Source of the DNA: a virus
Lineage: Duplodnaviria > Caudoviricetes
DNA length: 27,404 nt
IMG/VR virus record: IMGVR_UViG_3300032053_000419
Location: 1 to 27,404 of that record
Direction: 5' to 3' (one strand)
How positions within the stretch are numbered: position 1 is the stretch's first letter; every line of letters begins with the position of its first letter. Positions 16,290 to 25,014 of this stretch are shown piece by piece. Below the pieces are notes generated by a model that had not been told where the DNA came from, searched no databases, and saw only the letters and a program-made list of their open reading frames with translations. A program made the position numbers and the translations under genes.

Positions 16290-16842
16290 AATCTTGCTGT
16301 TCGGGCTGTCGCATAAGTGCACGATTCAGGTGAGGGCGCGCAAGAAGAGGCTGGACTACACCGGCCTCTCGGGCGGGGCGTTCGCCGTGGGGAATACCGT
16401 GACGGGCGGGACGTCGCACGCCACGGGCGTGGTCAGCAGGCTGCTAACCGCCGGGCTGGTCCTCGAGGACTTGTCGGGCGTGTTCGTGGTTAGTGAGACG
16501 GTCTCGAACGGGACCGCTTCGGCCACGACGTCGGCGGTCGCCGACTACGAGACGGCGCAGGGCACGCCCGACTACTACTGGACAGATAGTCAGGCCAACG
16601 TGCCGTGCCGGTTCTACACCAGCCGTAAGCCCATCGCCCTGATCGGCCCCGGGCAGTACCAGGACCTCGCGACGAAGGTCATCGTCCCGCCGACCGTGAC
16701 GGTCACGGCGACGGAGCATAGAATCAAGTCGGCGTCGATCGGGTTCGCCAAGACGTTCCGCATCACGGACCTCTACGCGGCCCACTTTACACACGGGATA
16801 AACCACTACGAGCTCACGCTCGAGGAGCCACCGAAGGAATGA
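16279..16842 (+). CDS. Head closure/stopper protein with inserted beta module
   Basis: HKCTIQ N-terminus, VPCRF and INHYELTL C-terminus match head-closure proteins; the start may be TTG 16294. Confidence 0.55.
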   Translation: MGREILLFGLSHKCTIQVRARKKRLDYTGLSGGAFAVGNTVTGGTSHATGVVSRLLTAGLVLEDLSGVFVVSETVSNGTASATTSAVADYETAQGTPDYYWTDSQANVPCRFYTSRKPIALIGPGQYQDLATKVIVPPTVTVTATEHRIKSASIGFAKTFRITDLYAAHFTHGINHYELTLEEPPKE

Positions 16843-17156
16843 ACGGAGATTCGACCGTAACGATCAACCAGTGCGACAGGCGTATGTCAGAGGTAAGGAA
16901 CGAGATCCAAGTCTTCTGCTCTACGGTCACGGCGTCGATAGACGGATTAAAGGACGAACTACACAAGAAGGAGGTCGTCGACGTGGCGAAGCACGCCGAG
17001 GTCGAGGCGGAGATCGCCAGGGAGAAGTCGGAGAGGACTCTGAAGGACTGGGTCTTCGTCCACTATCAGGACCTTCTCCTCGCGTTCATCGTGATCATGG
17101 TCAGCGGCGGCCGCGCCTACGACCTGCTGATGATGGTCAAGCAGGGGCTGATCTGA
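16839..17156 (+). CDS. Small coiled-coil protein with C-terminal TM helix (possible lysis/holin-like)
   Basis: Charged helical N-terminus followed by hydrophobic LLLAFIVIMV. Confidence 0.5.
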   Translation: MNGDSTVTINQCDRRMSEVRNEIQVFCSTVTASIDGLKDELHKKEVVDVAKHAEVEAEIAREKSERTLKDWVFVHYQDLLLAFIVIMVSGGRAYDLLMMVKQGLI

Positions 17157-17684
17157 ATGGCCCGGCGCGGCGGTCGGCTGCTCACCCCGGCCGAGTTGGT
17201 GGAGAAGTTCGCCGTCCTCAAGAGGGGCAGCAAGAACGCCGTCAGGGAGGGCCTGACCGACGCCGCCATCCACGTCGAGGGCGTGGCGAAGGACTACTGC
17301 ACGATCGGGAAGTCCCCCTACGACTGGATGATCTTCCCGACGAAGGTCGACCGTCACGGCAACCAGAGGCCCGGGGCGCCATACGACGTCGGCGACCTCA
17401 GGAGTAGCATAACGCACCAGGTCACGGTCAGCGCCAGGCAGGTCGAGGCGGCCATCGGGTCCAACCTCGACTACGCCGCGGCCGTGCACGAGGGGCACAC
17501 GATTCCCTACGGCACCCCGACGGCCCAGGCGCTCGCGAAGTTCGGGGGCGGCAGCGTCGGCTTCGTGCCGGGGCGGCCATTCGTGCTCGACGCCATCCTC
17601 GACTCGAGAGACGACACCATTGACTACATCGAGAGGCGCCTGAGGGAGGCCATCGGCGAAGTAATCACTCGAGAGGCGATCTGA
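17157..17684 (+). CDS. Tail completion/neck protein (HK97 gp10-like)
   Basis: GDLRSSI...IGSNLDYAAAVHEG...GRPFV motif set. Confidence 0.8.
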   Translation: MARRGGRLLTPAELVEKFAVLKRGSKNAVREGLTDAAIHVEGVAKDYCTIGKSPYDWMIFPTKVDRHGNQRPGAPYDVGDLRSSITHQVTVSARQVEAAIGSNLDYAAAVHEGHTIPYGTPTAQALAKFGGGSVGFVPGRPFVLDAILDSRDDTIDYIERRLREAIGEVITREAI

Positions 17685-18149
17685 GTGAAGTCGAGCATAT
17701 ACGACGGCATAATCGCCAAACTGAGGGCCGACGCGGTCCTCGTGGCGATGCTGAGGAACGACTCGTCGCGAATATTCAGGTTCAGTCGAATCGCCCCGAT
17801 CAAGATCCCGTCGGTGACGGTACATGAAACAGGGGAGAGGGATGATCCGTTCCCCGGCGGGGAAGCTTCGTGGTCGGTCCCCCACGCGATAGTCTGGGAG
17901 AGCACGCCGTCGGTGCAGATCGACGTATGGGTGTCGTGGGCTGACGACTCCCCCCCCAACCTACCAGAGGATGCCGACGCGATCGCGCACAGGGTGAAGG
18001 TGGTCCTGATGAACCCGAGGAACTACGTGACCGACACGCACGGCTGGGAGAGGGTCGGCGGAGGCCAGGTCCCCGACATAAGCACTCAGATCTGGCACAA
18101 CTCGCTCCACTTTATCTTCAGGTATCACCAAGAGGGGGGCGAGTCGTGA
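17685..18149 (+). CDS. Tail terminator (DUF3168/gp17-like)
   Basis: IY..I...L.AD..L, PSVTV, VQIDVW pattern; immediately before the tail tube gene. Confidence 0.7.
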   Translation: MKSSIYDGIIAKLRADAVLVAMLRNDSSRIFRFSRIAPIKIPSVTVHETGERDDPFPGGEASWSVPHAIVWESTPSVQIDVWVSWADDSPPNLPEDADAIAHRVKVVLMNPRNYVTDTHGWERVGGGQVPDISTQIWHNSLHFIFRYHQEGGES

Positions 18150-18243
18150 TGGCGCCGCCGGTGATCGGGGGCTCGCCCCGTGAGTCGGCGCAGAAGGTCG
18201 AATACTCAGGCGCTCGCTGGAGCGCCATAGACAAGGAGGAATC

Positions 18244-19023
18244 ATGGTAGTCTCACACTACACGGGGCAACAGGGGAGAATCTACCTCACGGGTCACACG
18301 CTCCTCGCGAGCGCGATCTTTGACATCCCCATCACGCGGGGCGCGGCGTCTCACGCCCGAGGGGGCGCGTGGAGCGACCTCTCGGCGCCCGGCAAGATCG
18401 GCCCCCTGGTCATCACGGCCAAGGGCATATTGAGAAACGCGAACCTCATCGGCGGCATGCTGACGGACGCGTCGACGAGCGGTCAGGCGGCCGTCCTCGT
18501 GGCGGCCGACACGATCGTCGCGGACACAGTCGTGCCGTGCTCGACCAGCCCATCGTCGCCGTCGAGGATCCGGTTCGCCTTCGTCAAGGGCGCCGGGGCC
18601 GGCATCACCACGGCGGGGCAGATTATAGTCTTCGGCACCGACGCGAACGGCGCCAAGTCCTCGGAGATCATCGAAGTCGGCCTCACCACTGACGCCACCA
18701 AGAACTTCGATGGGAAGATACTCTTCGCGACGGTCACGCACTTCTCGGTCATAGACCTAGTTATCGACGGGGCCGGCACTGGGGAGCTCCGCTCGCTCGC
18801 AGGCGCGGCGTCGTACACGGTCGGGTTCCCGACATACTACGACCTCGAGTGCACGGTCCTCGACGACGTGACGGGCGACTACATCCTGGCGACGTTCCAC
18901 CACGCGTGGATCTCGAAGGGCACGTTCGCGTCGGGCGACGCGAGCAAGATGCTCGACGAGGACGTCGCGTTCACCATTCTGGACCCCGACGCCGACGTGG
19001 CGATCGCGGACCTCAACACCTGA
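18244..19023 (+). CDS. Major tail tube protein
   Basis: YTG..GRI N-terminus, beta-rich, 259 aa; AAGGAGG RBS; precedes chaperone and tape measure; no sheath gene seen. Confidence 0.7.
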   Translation: MVVSHYTGQQGRIYLTGHTLLASAIFDIPITRGAASHARGGAWSDLSAPGKIGPLVITAKGILRNANLIGGMLTDASTSGQAAVLVAADTIVADTVVPCSTSPSSPSRIRFAFVKGAGAGITTAGQIIVFGTDANGAKSSEIIEVGLTTDATKNFDGKILFATVTHFSVIDLVIDGAGTGELRSLAGAASYTVGFPTYYDLECTVLDDVTGDYILATFHHAWISKGTFASGDASKMLDEDVAFTILDPDADVAIADLNT

Positions 19024-19033
19024 GGTGGTTGTC

Positions 19034-19594
19034 ATGGCTGACGTGGGTGGGGGAGCGTTCCGCCGGATGACCGACGCCGAGAAGGCGGACGCCATAGCGA
19101 GGATGGAGAGGGACGCGCCTGAGTGGAGGCGGAGGCAGGCCCTCGTCCAGGCCAGAGAGGTCGCGAACAGAGACGTGATCGCGATGCTGGAGCGGCGGGT
19201 CCACGAGGAGCCCGCCCCCGAATACGTCGCCCTGCGGGGCGGCGACTACATCGCGATCAGGACTTGTCTCAGCGACGCCGAGGAGCGCGAGGCCGCCAAG
19301 CTCCTCATCGAGTGGGTCTCGAAGAGGCGGCCCGAGGCGGCGTATGAGCTCGTCGAGCTGGTGACGGTCGACGAGCGCATAACCAAGAAGTGGCTCATCG
19401 AGAACCCCGACAAGTTCGCGACGGGCGACTTCCTGGAGGTCCTGCTCGGCTACTTCGAGAAGAACGAGGATAGTATCAGGCAGCGCGCGGAGAGGGTGGC
19501 TCGCACCATCTCCTTTCGCCTCAAGCCCCGCGGGGCAGGAGTTCGGCCTGATGCTCCGGGACCTGGGGATTCTGGACCCCCGAGTGTGGGCTGA
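19034..19594 (+). CDS. Tail assembly chaperone (gpG-like)
   Basis: Between tube and tape measure; ATG 19034 follows GAGGTGG. Confidence 0.7.
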   Translation: MADVGGGAFRRMTDAEKADAIARMERDAPEWRRRQALVQAREVANRDVIAMLERRVHEEPAPEYVALRGGDYIAIRTCLSDAEEREAAKLLIEWVSKRRPEAAYELVELVTVDERITKKWLIENPDKFATGDFLEVLLGYFEKNEDSIRQRAERVARTISFRLKPRGAGVRPDAPGPGDSGPPSVG

Positions 19595-19673
19595 GATGCG
19601 GCCCGACCTCCAGGCGTTCTGGGGGTCGTGGTGGAAGGCCGGAGGGTGGAGAATGATAAGGAGGATGATCTGA
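19511..19673 (+). other. Predicted +1 programmed frameshift site (TCC-TTT-CGC) and gpGT-like extension FASSPAGQEFGLMLRDLGILDPRVWAEMRPDLQAFW...
   Basis: The +1 frame from TTC 19515 is open for 52 codons to TGA 19671-19673, ending 1 nt before the tape-measure GTG. Confidence 0.7.
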
Positions 19674-19674
19674 A

Positions 19675-21432
19675 GTGCCGGGAGACCTGGGCTCAATGGG
19701 CGGGGTGGCGTTCAGCGTCTTCGCCCAGGACGAGACGGGCGAGGGCCTCGACTCGGCCTCGAGCGCCTTCATGGTGACGGCTGGCGACATCATCAGCCAG
19801 ATCGAGTCCGTGAACAACAAGATACAGGAGTTCGCGCAGCAGCACGCCGTCGTGACCGGGACCGCCGAGAGGGCGGCCAAGATCACCGGCATAAACGCGG
19901 ACCAACTGCGCGATCTCGCAGTCAAGACGAGCGACGCGACCAGCTCCATAGAGGAGATGGCCGCCCTCGAGGTGCAGTTGGGCAAGGAGCACGTCACGAC
20001 GATCGGCCAGATGCAGACGCTGCTTCCGCTGTGGGAGGAGTTCGGCGACGCCGTGCAGGAGGACTCGGCCGTCCTGCTGAAGGAGATGGCCCCGGCGTTC
20101 AAGCAGTTTAACGTCGATATCAACGACACCCCGAAGTACATGGATAGACTGACCACCATCTTCGCTACGACGGATCTGTCCGCGTCGATGTTCTCATCTC
20201 AGATGGTCAGGATGGGGCCGGGCCTCGCCGCGGCCGGGATATCCCTCGAGGACGTGACTAACATCCTCACGGCCCTCAACGAGAAGGGCATCACGGGCCG
20301 CAAGGCGATCACGGCCATGAACGCCGCCATGAAGGAGATAACGGACGCCGGCGGCGAGTCGGGCAAGGCGATGCAGGGCCTACAGGACAAGCACGACGGG
20401 CTGGCCGAGAGCATCGCCGACGTCAAGCAGAGGTGGGGCGACCTGAACGAGAGGGTCGACGCTGGGCTCGTGTCGAAGAAGTCATACACCTCTGCGATCT
20501 TCTCCCTCAAGCAGGAGCTGGGGCACTACCAGGCACAGCTCGCCGCGGTCGACGGGCAGATGAAGACGCTGGGCGAGACCGAGTCCAAGACAGTCGACGT
20601 CCACGGCATTCTCATGAAGTCCCTCGGGCTGACCGACGCCGAGCTGGCCACGGCCGCTAGTAGGCTGGAGGGCGCTGGTGGGGCCACGGCGGCGTTCGCG
20701 GAGACGACTGAGCATACGAAGACTGGCCAGCAGGAGCTCACCGCCGAGGTCGCCAAGTCCACGTTCGGCCTAGGGGAGCTCGCCGGTGCGCTGTCCGCCC
20801 CGGTCGGGGCGATGGCCGGGCTCGGCCACGGCATCATGGAGGTCGCGATTATAGCCAAGCTGTTCCCATCCGTCGGCGCGGCCATAACGGGCGGGCTCGG
20901 CGGCGTGACCGAGTCGGTGGGCGCGGCGGCCGCCGGGGTCGGGGGCTCGATCGCGGTGGGCATCGTCGGGGGAGTCGCCGCCGGCATCGCCGGGGTGTGG
21001 ACCCTCGACCAACTCGGCATCCTCGACGCGTTCGACAGGCTCGGCCGCGACATCGAGTCGTCGCCGATAGGGGGCATCGTCATGGACGCCCTCAAGCTGG
21101 TGCTCGCCCCGCTCGGCTCCCTCGGCGCGGCCATCATCGACATCGAGAGGGGCAACTGGGGGGGTATCCTCGAGGACATACAGAAGCCGTGGCAGCAGTG
21201 GGGAGAGACCCTCGGCTCGGTGTCGGGGGCCGGAGAGGACTTCGGCCGTATGGTCTCGGGGGCCGGCAGGGCGACCGGGCAGGCGGCCCAGGGCGCCGGT
21301 GGCGTCTTCATCCAGACCGTCCAGGCGGACTTCTCCTCCGAGGCGAGGTTCAGGGAGTGGGTGAAGCGGACGGGTGGGGTCGACGTGGACGACAGCAAGA
21401 GGAAGGGAGTGCCGACGCAGTCGGCGACGTGA
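19675..21432 (+). CDS. Tail tape measure protein (585 aa)
   Basis: Helical Ala/Gly-rich protein; D.LT......T...MGP..AAAGISLED....L.AL...GI.G PhageMin_Tail-like motif; hydrophobic segments. Confidence 0.85.
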   Translation: MPGDLGSMGGVAFSVFAQDETGEGLDSASSAFMVTAGDIISQIESVNNKIQEFAQQHAVVTGTAERAAKITGINADQLRDLAVKTSDATSSIEEMAALEVQLGKEHVTTIGQMQTLLPLWEEFGDAVQEDSAVLLKEMAPAFKQFNVDINDTPKYMDRLTTIFATTDLSASMFSSQMVRMGPGLAAAGISLEDVTNILTALNEKGITGRKAITAMNAAMKEITDAGGESGKAMQGLQDKHDGLAESIADVKQRWGDLNERVDAGLVSKKSYTSAIFSLKQELGHYQAQLAAVDGQMKTLGETESKTVDVHGILMKSLGLTDAELATAASRLEGAGGATAAFAETTEHTKTGQQELTAEVAKSTFGLGELAGALSAPVGAMAGLGHGIMEVAIIAKLFPSVGAAITGGLGGVTESVGAAAAGVGGSIAVGIVGGVAAGIAGVWTLDQLGILDAFDRLGRDIESSPIGGIVMDALKLVLAPLGSLGAAIIDIERGNWGGILEDIQKPWQQWGETLGSVSGAGEDFGRMVSGAGRATGQAAQGAGGVFIQTVQADFSSEARFREWVKRTGGVDVDDSKRKGVPTQSAT

Positions 21433-21435
21433 GCC

Positions 21436-21795
21436 GTGACCACAGAGGTAATATACGGGTCTGTGACGCTGTCGAATCCCTCTCCGAGGACGCCCGTCGC
21501 CGATATCAGGGCCAAGAGGCGGCCGCTCCTCGACGGCACCCAGCAGGTGTTTGACGCCCCGAGCTACGGCGAGAGGTGGCGCTTCTCCTGCCTCACGACC
21601 GAGTGGTCCGAGGTGACGGCCCTCAGGGCCCTGATCGGCGTGGGGACCTACGGGACCACGCTGTACATAGATAGTGCTCTGATGGGGTGGTGCACCATAG
21701 TCTCGCTCGCCCCGAGGGAGGTCGAGGGGACCGGCGGCACCCTGATCGGATACACGGTCGAGTTCGCCAGGTCCACGTCGGGGGTCTCCTCATGA
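21436..21795 (+). CDS. Distal tail (Dit-like) protein, 119 aa
   Basis: First gene after the TMP; LDG...W...C...YTVEF tube-fold pattern. Confidence 0.6.
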   Translation: MTTEVIYGSVTLSNPSPRTPVADIRAKRRPLLDGTQQVFDAPSYGERWRFSCLTTEWSEVTALRALIGVGTYGTTLYIDSALMGWCTIVSLAPREVEGTGGTLIGYTVEFARSTSGVSS

Positions 21796-24700
21796 CCAAC
21801 CCCGACTTTAGAGTCGTCACCTATAACGACATCCCCCTGACCAAGCCGTCGCCGCACGTCCCCCTGTTTGATATCAGGCAGAACGTGCGCATATCGCTGG
21901 ACGGTCAGCAGAGGGTCGTCTCCCCGCCCGGCCACGGGCGGTCGTGGGTGGTCACGTGCTGGCCCGACAGCCAGGACGAGATCGACGACGTGAAGGCCCT
22001 CATCGGGACCGGCTCGTACGACCTCGTCGTGGCGGGGGAGACGGTCCACTACGTCTATATCACGGGCTGGTCCGAGCGCGAGGTGACGCCGGCCCAGCTC
22101 GAGTACACGGTCGAGTTTACTGAGGGGCAGGCGGAGCTGACCGTCTATACGATCGGCGCGGGTGGAATCCGGGTGTCGCAGAAGATAGGCGACGCGTACC
22201 GGTCCCTGACGATGGACCTCGTCGGATTCGTGCGGCCCGACCCGTTCGACCCCGTCGAGATCACGATGGCGTGGGGCGCTCACACGGCCCTGGTCTTCGG
22301 TGGGTTCACCCTGCCGATCACCAAGGAGTGGAGGCCCGGGGACAAGTCCGCGACGGTCAGTGGGGTGAGCCAGGAGTGGTATCTCAGCAGGCAGTACGGG
22401 TCCTACGCCACCCTCGCGGCGTGGGGCGATCCGTTCTTCGTCGACGAGGTGGCGGAGGATACTCAGCCGTCGGAGCTGATCAACCGCATGATCGGGCGCG
22501 ACCCGCTGGCCACAGACTACAGTTGGTGGACCGGCATCTTCCCATACGAGGTGACGCGCCTCGGCGGCATGGTCGGCTGGGGGACTACGATCCCATACAG
22601 GATGTTTACCGTCGACGAGAACACGACTATCAAGCAGACGATCGACCAGATATGCGACCACTGTAGCCACGTCTGGTTGGTCAAGGCCTCCGCCGGTGGG
22701 AACTTCTTCGCCTACTTCATCCCCTACAACATGATGGACGACGAGGACTGGGGCCTCGAGCTCCCGGCGAAGGCCTACATAGACTTCTACGACGGCCTCG
22801 TCGAGAGCATCACCGTCGAGGACAGGCAGGGCGAATACATCAATCAGGTTATCGTCTACGGGATGACCGTCGACGAGTTCACCAATCTGTGGGTGACCGG
22901 CAGCGCCGAGACGACAGAGGTGTCGGAGGGCGACGAGGTCCGCATCACCCTCTACGTCAAGAGGCCCGACCTCACGACGGCGGCGGAGTGCGACTCCGTG
23001 GCCCAGGGCATCCTCGACGTCGTGACCGACCCGCCCGTGGTCTACTCGTTTACCGTCATGGGCCTCGTCGACCTCGAGCTCTATCAGAAGATCTCCCTGA
23101 CTAACTTCGATGGCATCACCGACTCTGAGATGCGAATAATCAGCGTCGAGTACGTCAAGGACCTCGGGGGCGTCTACGTCAACGTCCAGTGCACGAAGGC
23201 GACCAGCTTCGCGTCTCAGGTCGTGTACAAGACTCTGGTGCAGGACAGGACCACGGCGGCGAAGGCGATCGCCTCGCAGATCGTCAAGGAGAAGGTCCCA
23301 GAGGTCCTGACCGGGCTCATGGACACGGTCGACGGCGTCGGCGGCGGGACGGCCGTCTCCTACAAGGACGGCCGGACCGTGAAGGTCAAGGTCATGGAGG
23401 GTGGCTACGGCCCGCCCGGGGAGGAGGGCCCGCCGGGCCCGCCCGGGGCGCAGGGCCAGCAGGGCCCACCCGGGACTCCGGGAGCGCCGGGAGCGCCGGG
23501 TGCCCCCGGGGCCGTCTGGTACGCGGGCGAGGGGGTGCCGGGCTCGGGCCTCGGCATTAACGGAGACTACTATCTTCGCACCACCAATGGGGACGTCTAC
23601 CTCAAGGCGGGTGGGACGTGGTATCTGATCGCCAACATCAAGGGCCCGGCCGGCGCCACCGGGAGCGTCTGGTACACTGGCCCCGGAGTGCCGGGCTCTG
23701 GGCTCGGCATTAATGGGGACTACTACTTGGACACAGATACCGACGACGTCTACCACAAGGAGACGGGCTCGTGGATCCTGATAGCCAACATTCGCGGGGC
23801 CGCCGGCAGCGTCTGGTGGAGCGGCGTGGGCCCGCCGTCGGCTCATATCCAGAGGGTGGTCAACGGCGACTTCGAGACGGGCGACATGACCGGGTGGACG
23901 GACTACTCGGGGGTGTATCCGGAGGGGTCGGGCACCGTCACCACCGAGGCGTCTGCGGCGGCCAAGCACGCCGGGGACTTCGGGGGGCGCTTCGAGGTAA
24001 CGTGGGACTCCGTGGCCACCTTCATGAATCAGGCGGATCGGTATCAACTCGTCTCGGAGAACGGTCTGCACGTCGGGGATGTCTTTGACTTCTGGGTGAA
24101 GATCCCGACGTGGGTTCTTGACGGGGCGGACGTGGACGTCCGGGTCATCGTGAGCGACTACGGGGAGATCGCCTTCACGGTGTGGACCGGCGCGGGAGCC
24201 CAAGACTGGCAGCACGTCCACGTTGCCCTAACAGAAGAGGATGCGTTTCCCCCCGAGGGGAATGTCTGGCTCGATGTGCTCGTCTACGCGGGCGGCACGG
24301 ACAGCACCGGGGAGATCGAGGTGTGGGTGGACGACATTACACTTACACAGTCGTTAGACCTCATGGACCTCGCCAAGGGCGGGTTCGAGGAGTGCCCCCC
24401 GCTCTCCCCGTGGGTCGACGTCAGCGATGGTGGGTACGTCTCGATCGCCTCGGACCATCCCTACTCGGGGGCCAAGAATGCGATGTGCTTCGTGAGCATC
24501 ACGGCCCCCACGACCGAGTCGTTCACGAGCGCGTTCGAGCAGGAGATCGGGGCCGTGGCGCTCGGGGAGGGGATCTCCCTCTGGTACCGGGTGTGGTACA
24601 ACGGAGCGACGGGGCACGGCGCCGACGCCTCCGTGCTCGTCGAGCTCGTGGACTTGTCCGCGTCCGAGAACCCGAACCAGACCATACTGTCGCTCGAGGA

Positions 24701-25010
24701 CCCGTCCGCGGGAGACTGGATTCACGCGGGGGACGTCGCCGACTGGACGAGTGGCTACGCGAAGATAGTCGTCACCGCGGCGCTCGCCGGCGACGGGACG
24801 GGTAGTGGCCTCTGGATCTTCGAGACCGAGTGGGACGACTTCTCCGTGGGCGGGTCTGAGGGCGCCGCCGTCGACGGCGATTACTATCTGAACACCACCA
24901 CCGGGGACGTCTATCACAAGGAGTCGGGCACGTGGGTCCTGGTTGGTAACATACGGGGCCCCACGGGCGTTGGCGGGGGATCGAGGGCCTTTTCCTTCTT
25001 CATCGGGTGA
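21792..25010 (+). CDS. Baseplate hub/central fibre protein (1072 aa): Dit-like domain, hub, collagen repeat, fibre repeats, two CBM-like domains
   Basis: ATG 21792 with ATGA overlap; INQVIVYG hub motif; G-X-Y run; GDYYL...DVY.K repeats; NGDFETG..TGW and GGFEE..W CBM-like starts. Confidence 0.75.
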   Translation: MTNPDFRVVTYNDIPLTKPSPHVPLFDIRQNVRISLDGQQRVVSPPGHGRSWVVTCWPDSQDEIDDVKALIGTGSYDLVVAGETVHYVYITGWSEREVTPAQLEYTVEFTEGQAELTVYTIGAGGIRVSQKIGDAYRSLTMDLVGFVRPDPFDPVEITMAWGAHTALVFGGFTLPITKEWRPGDKSATVSGVSQEWYLSRQYGSYATLAAWGDPFFVDEVAEDTQPSELINRMIGRDPLATDYSWWTGIFPYEVTRLGGMVGWGTTIPYRMFTVDENTTIKQTIDQICDHCSHVWLVKASAGGNFFAYFIPYNMMDDEDWGLELPAKAYIDFYDGLVESITVEDRQGEYINQVIVYGMTVDEFTNLWVTGSAETTEVSEGDEVRITLYVKRPDLTTAAECDSVAQGILDVVTDPPVVYSFTVMGLVDLELYQKISLTNFDGITDSEMRIISVEYVKDLGGVYVNVQCTKATSFASQVVYKTLVQDRTTAAKAIASQIVKEKVPEVLTGLMDTVDGVGGGTAVSYKDGRTVKVKVMEGGYGPPGEEGPPGPPGAQGQQGPPGTPGAPGAPGAPGAVWYAGEGVPGSGLGINGDYYLRTTNGDVYLKAGGTWYLIANIKGPAGATGSVWYTGPGVPGSGLGINGDYYLDTDTDDVYHKETGSWILIANIRGAAGSVWWSGVGPPSAHIQRVVNGDFETGDMTGWTDYSGVYPEGSGTVTTEASAAAKHAGDFGGRFEVTWDSVATFMNQADRYQLVSENGLHVGDVFDFWVKIPTWVLDGADVDVRVIVSDYGEIAFTVWTGAGAQDWQHVHVALTEEDAFPPEGNVWLDVLVYAGGTDSTGEIEVWVDDITLTQSLDLMDLAKGGFEECPPLSPWVDVSDGGYVSIASDHPYSGAKNAMCFVSITAPTTESFTSAFEQEIGAVALGEGISLWYRVWYNGATGHGADASVLVELVDLSASENPNQTILSLEDPSAGDWIHAGDVADWTSGYAKIVVTAALAGDGTGSGLWIFETEWDDFSVGGSEGAAVDGDYYLNTTTGDVYHKESGTWVLVGNIRGPTGVGGGSRAFSFFIG
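23409..23513 (+). repeat. Collagen-like (G-X-Y)n segment
   Basis: [35 protein letters not shown]. Confidence 0.9.
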
Positions 25011-25014
25011 GAGA

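Noticed and set aside
18149-18250. 33-codon ORF and a 7-bp hairpin (GGCGCTC-GCTG-GAGCGCC, 18209-18226) before the tail tube gene
   Set aside because: Too short to support; such hairpins arise by chance at this GC content and there is no U-tract
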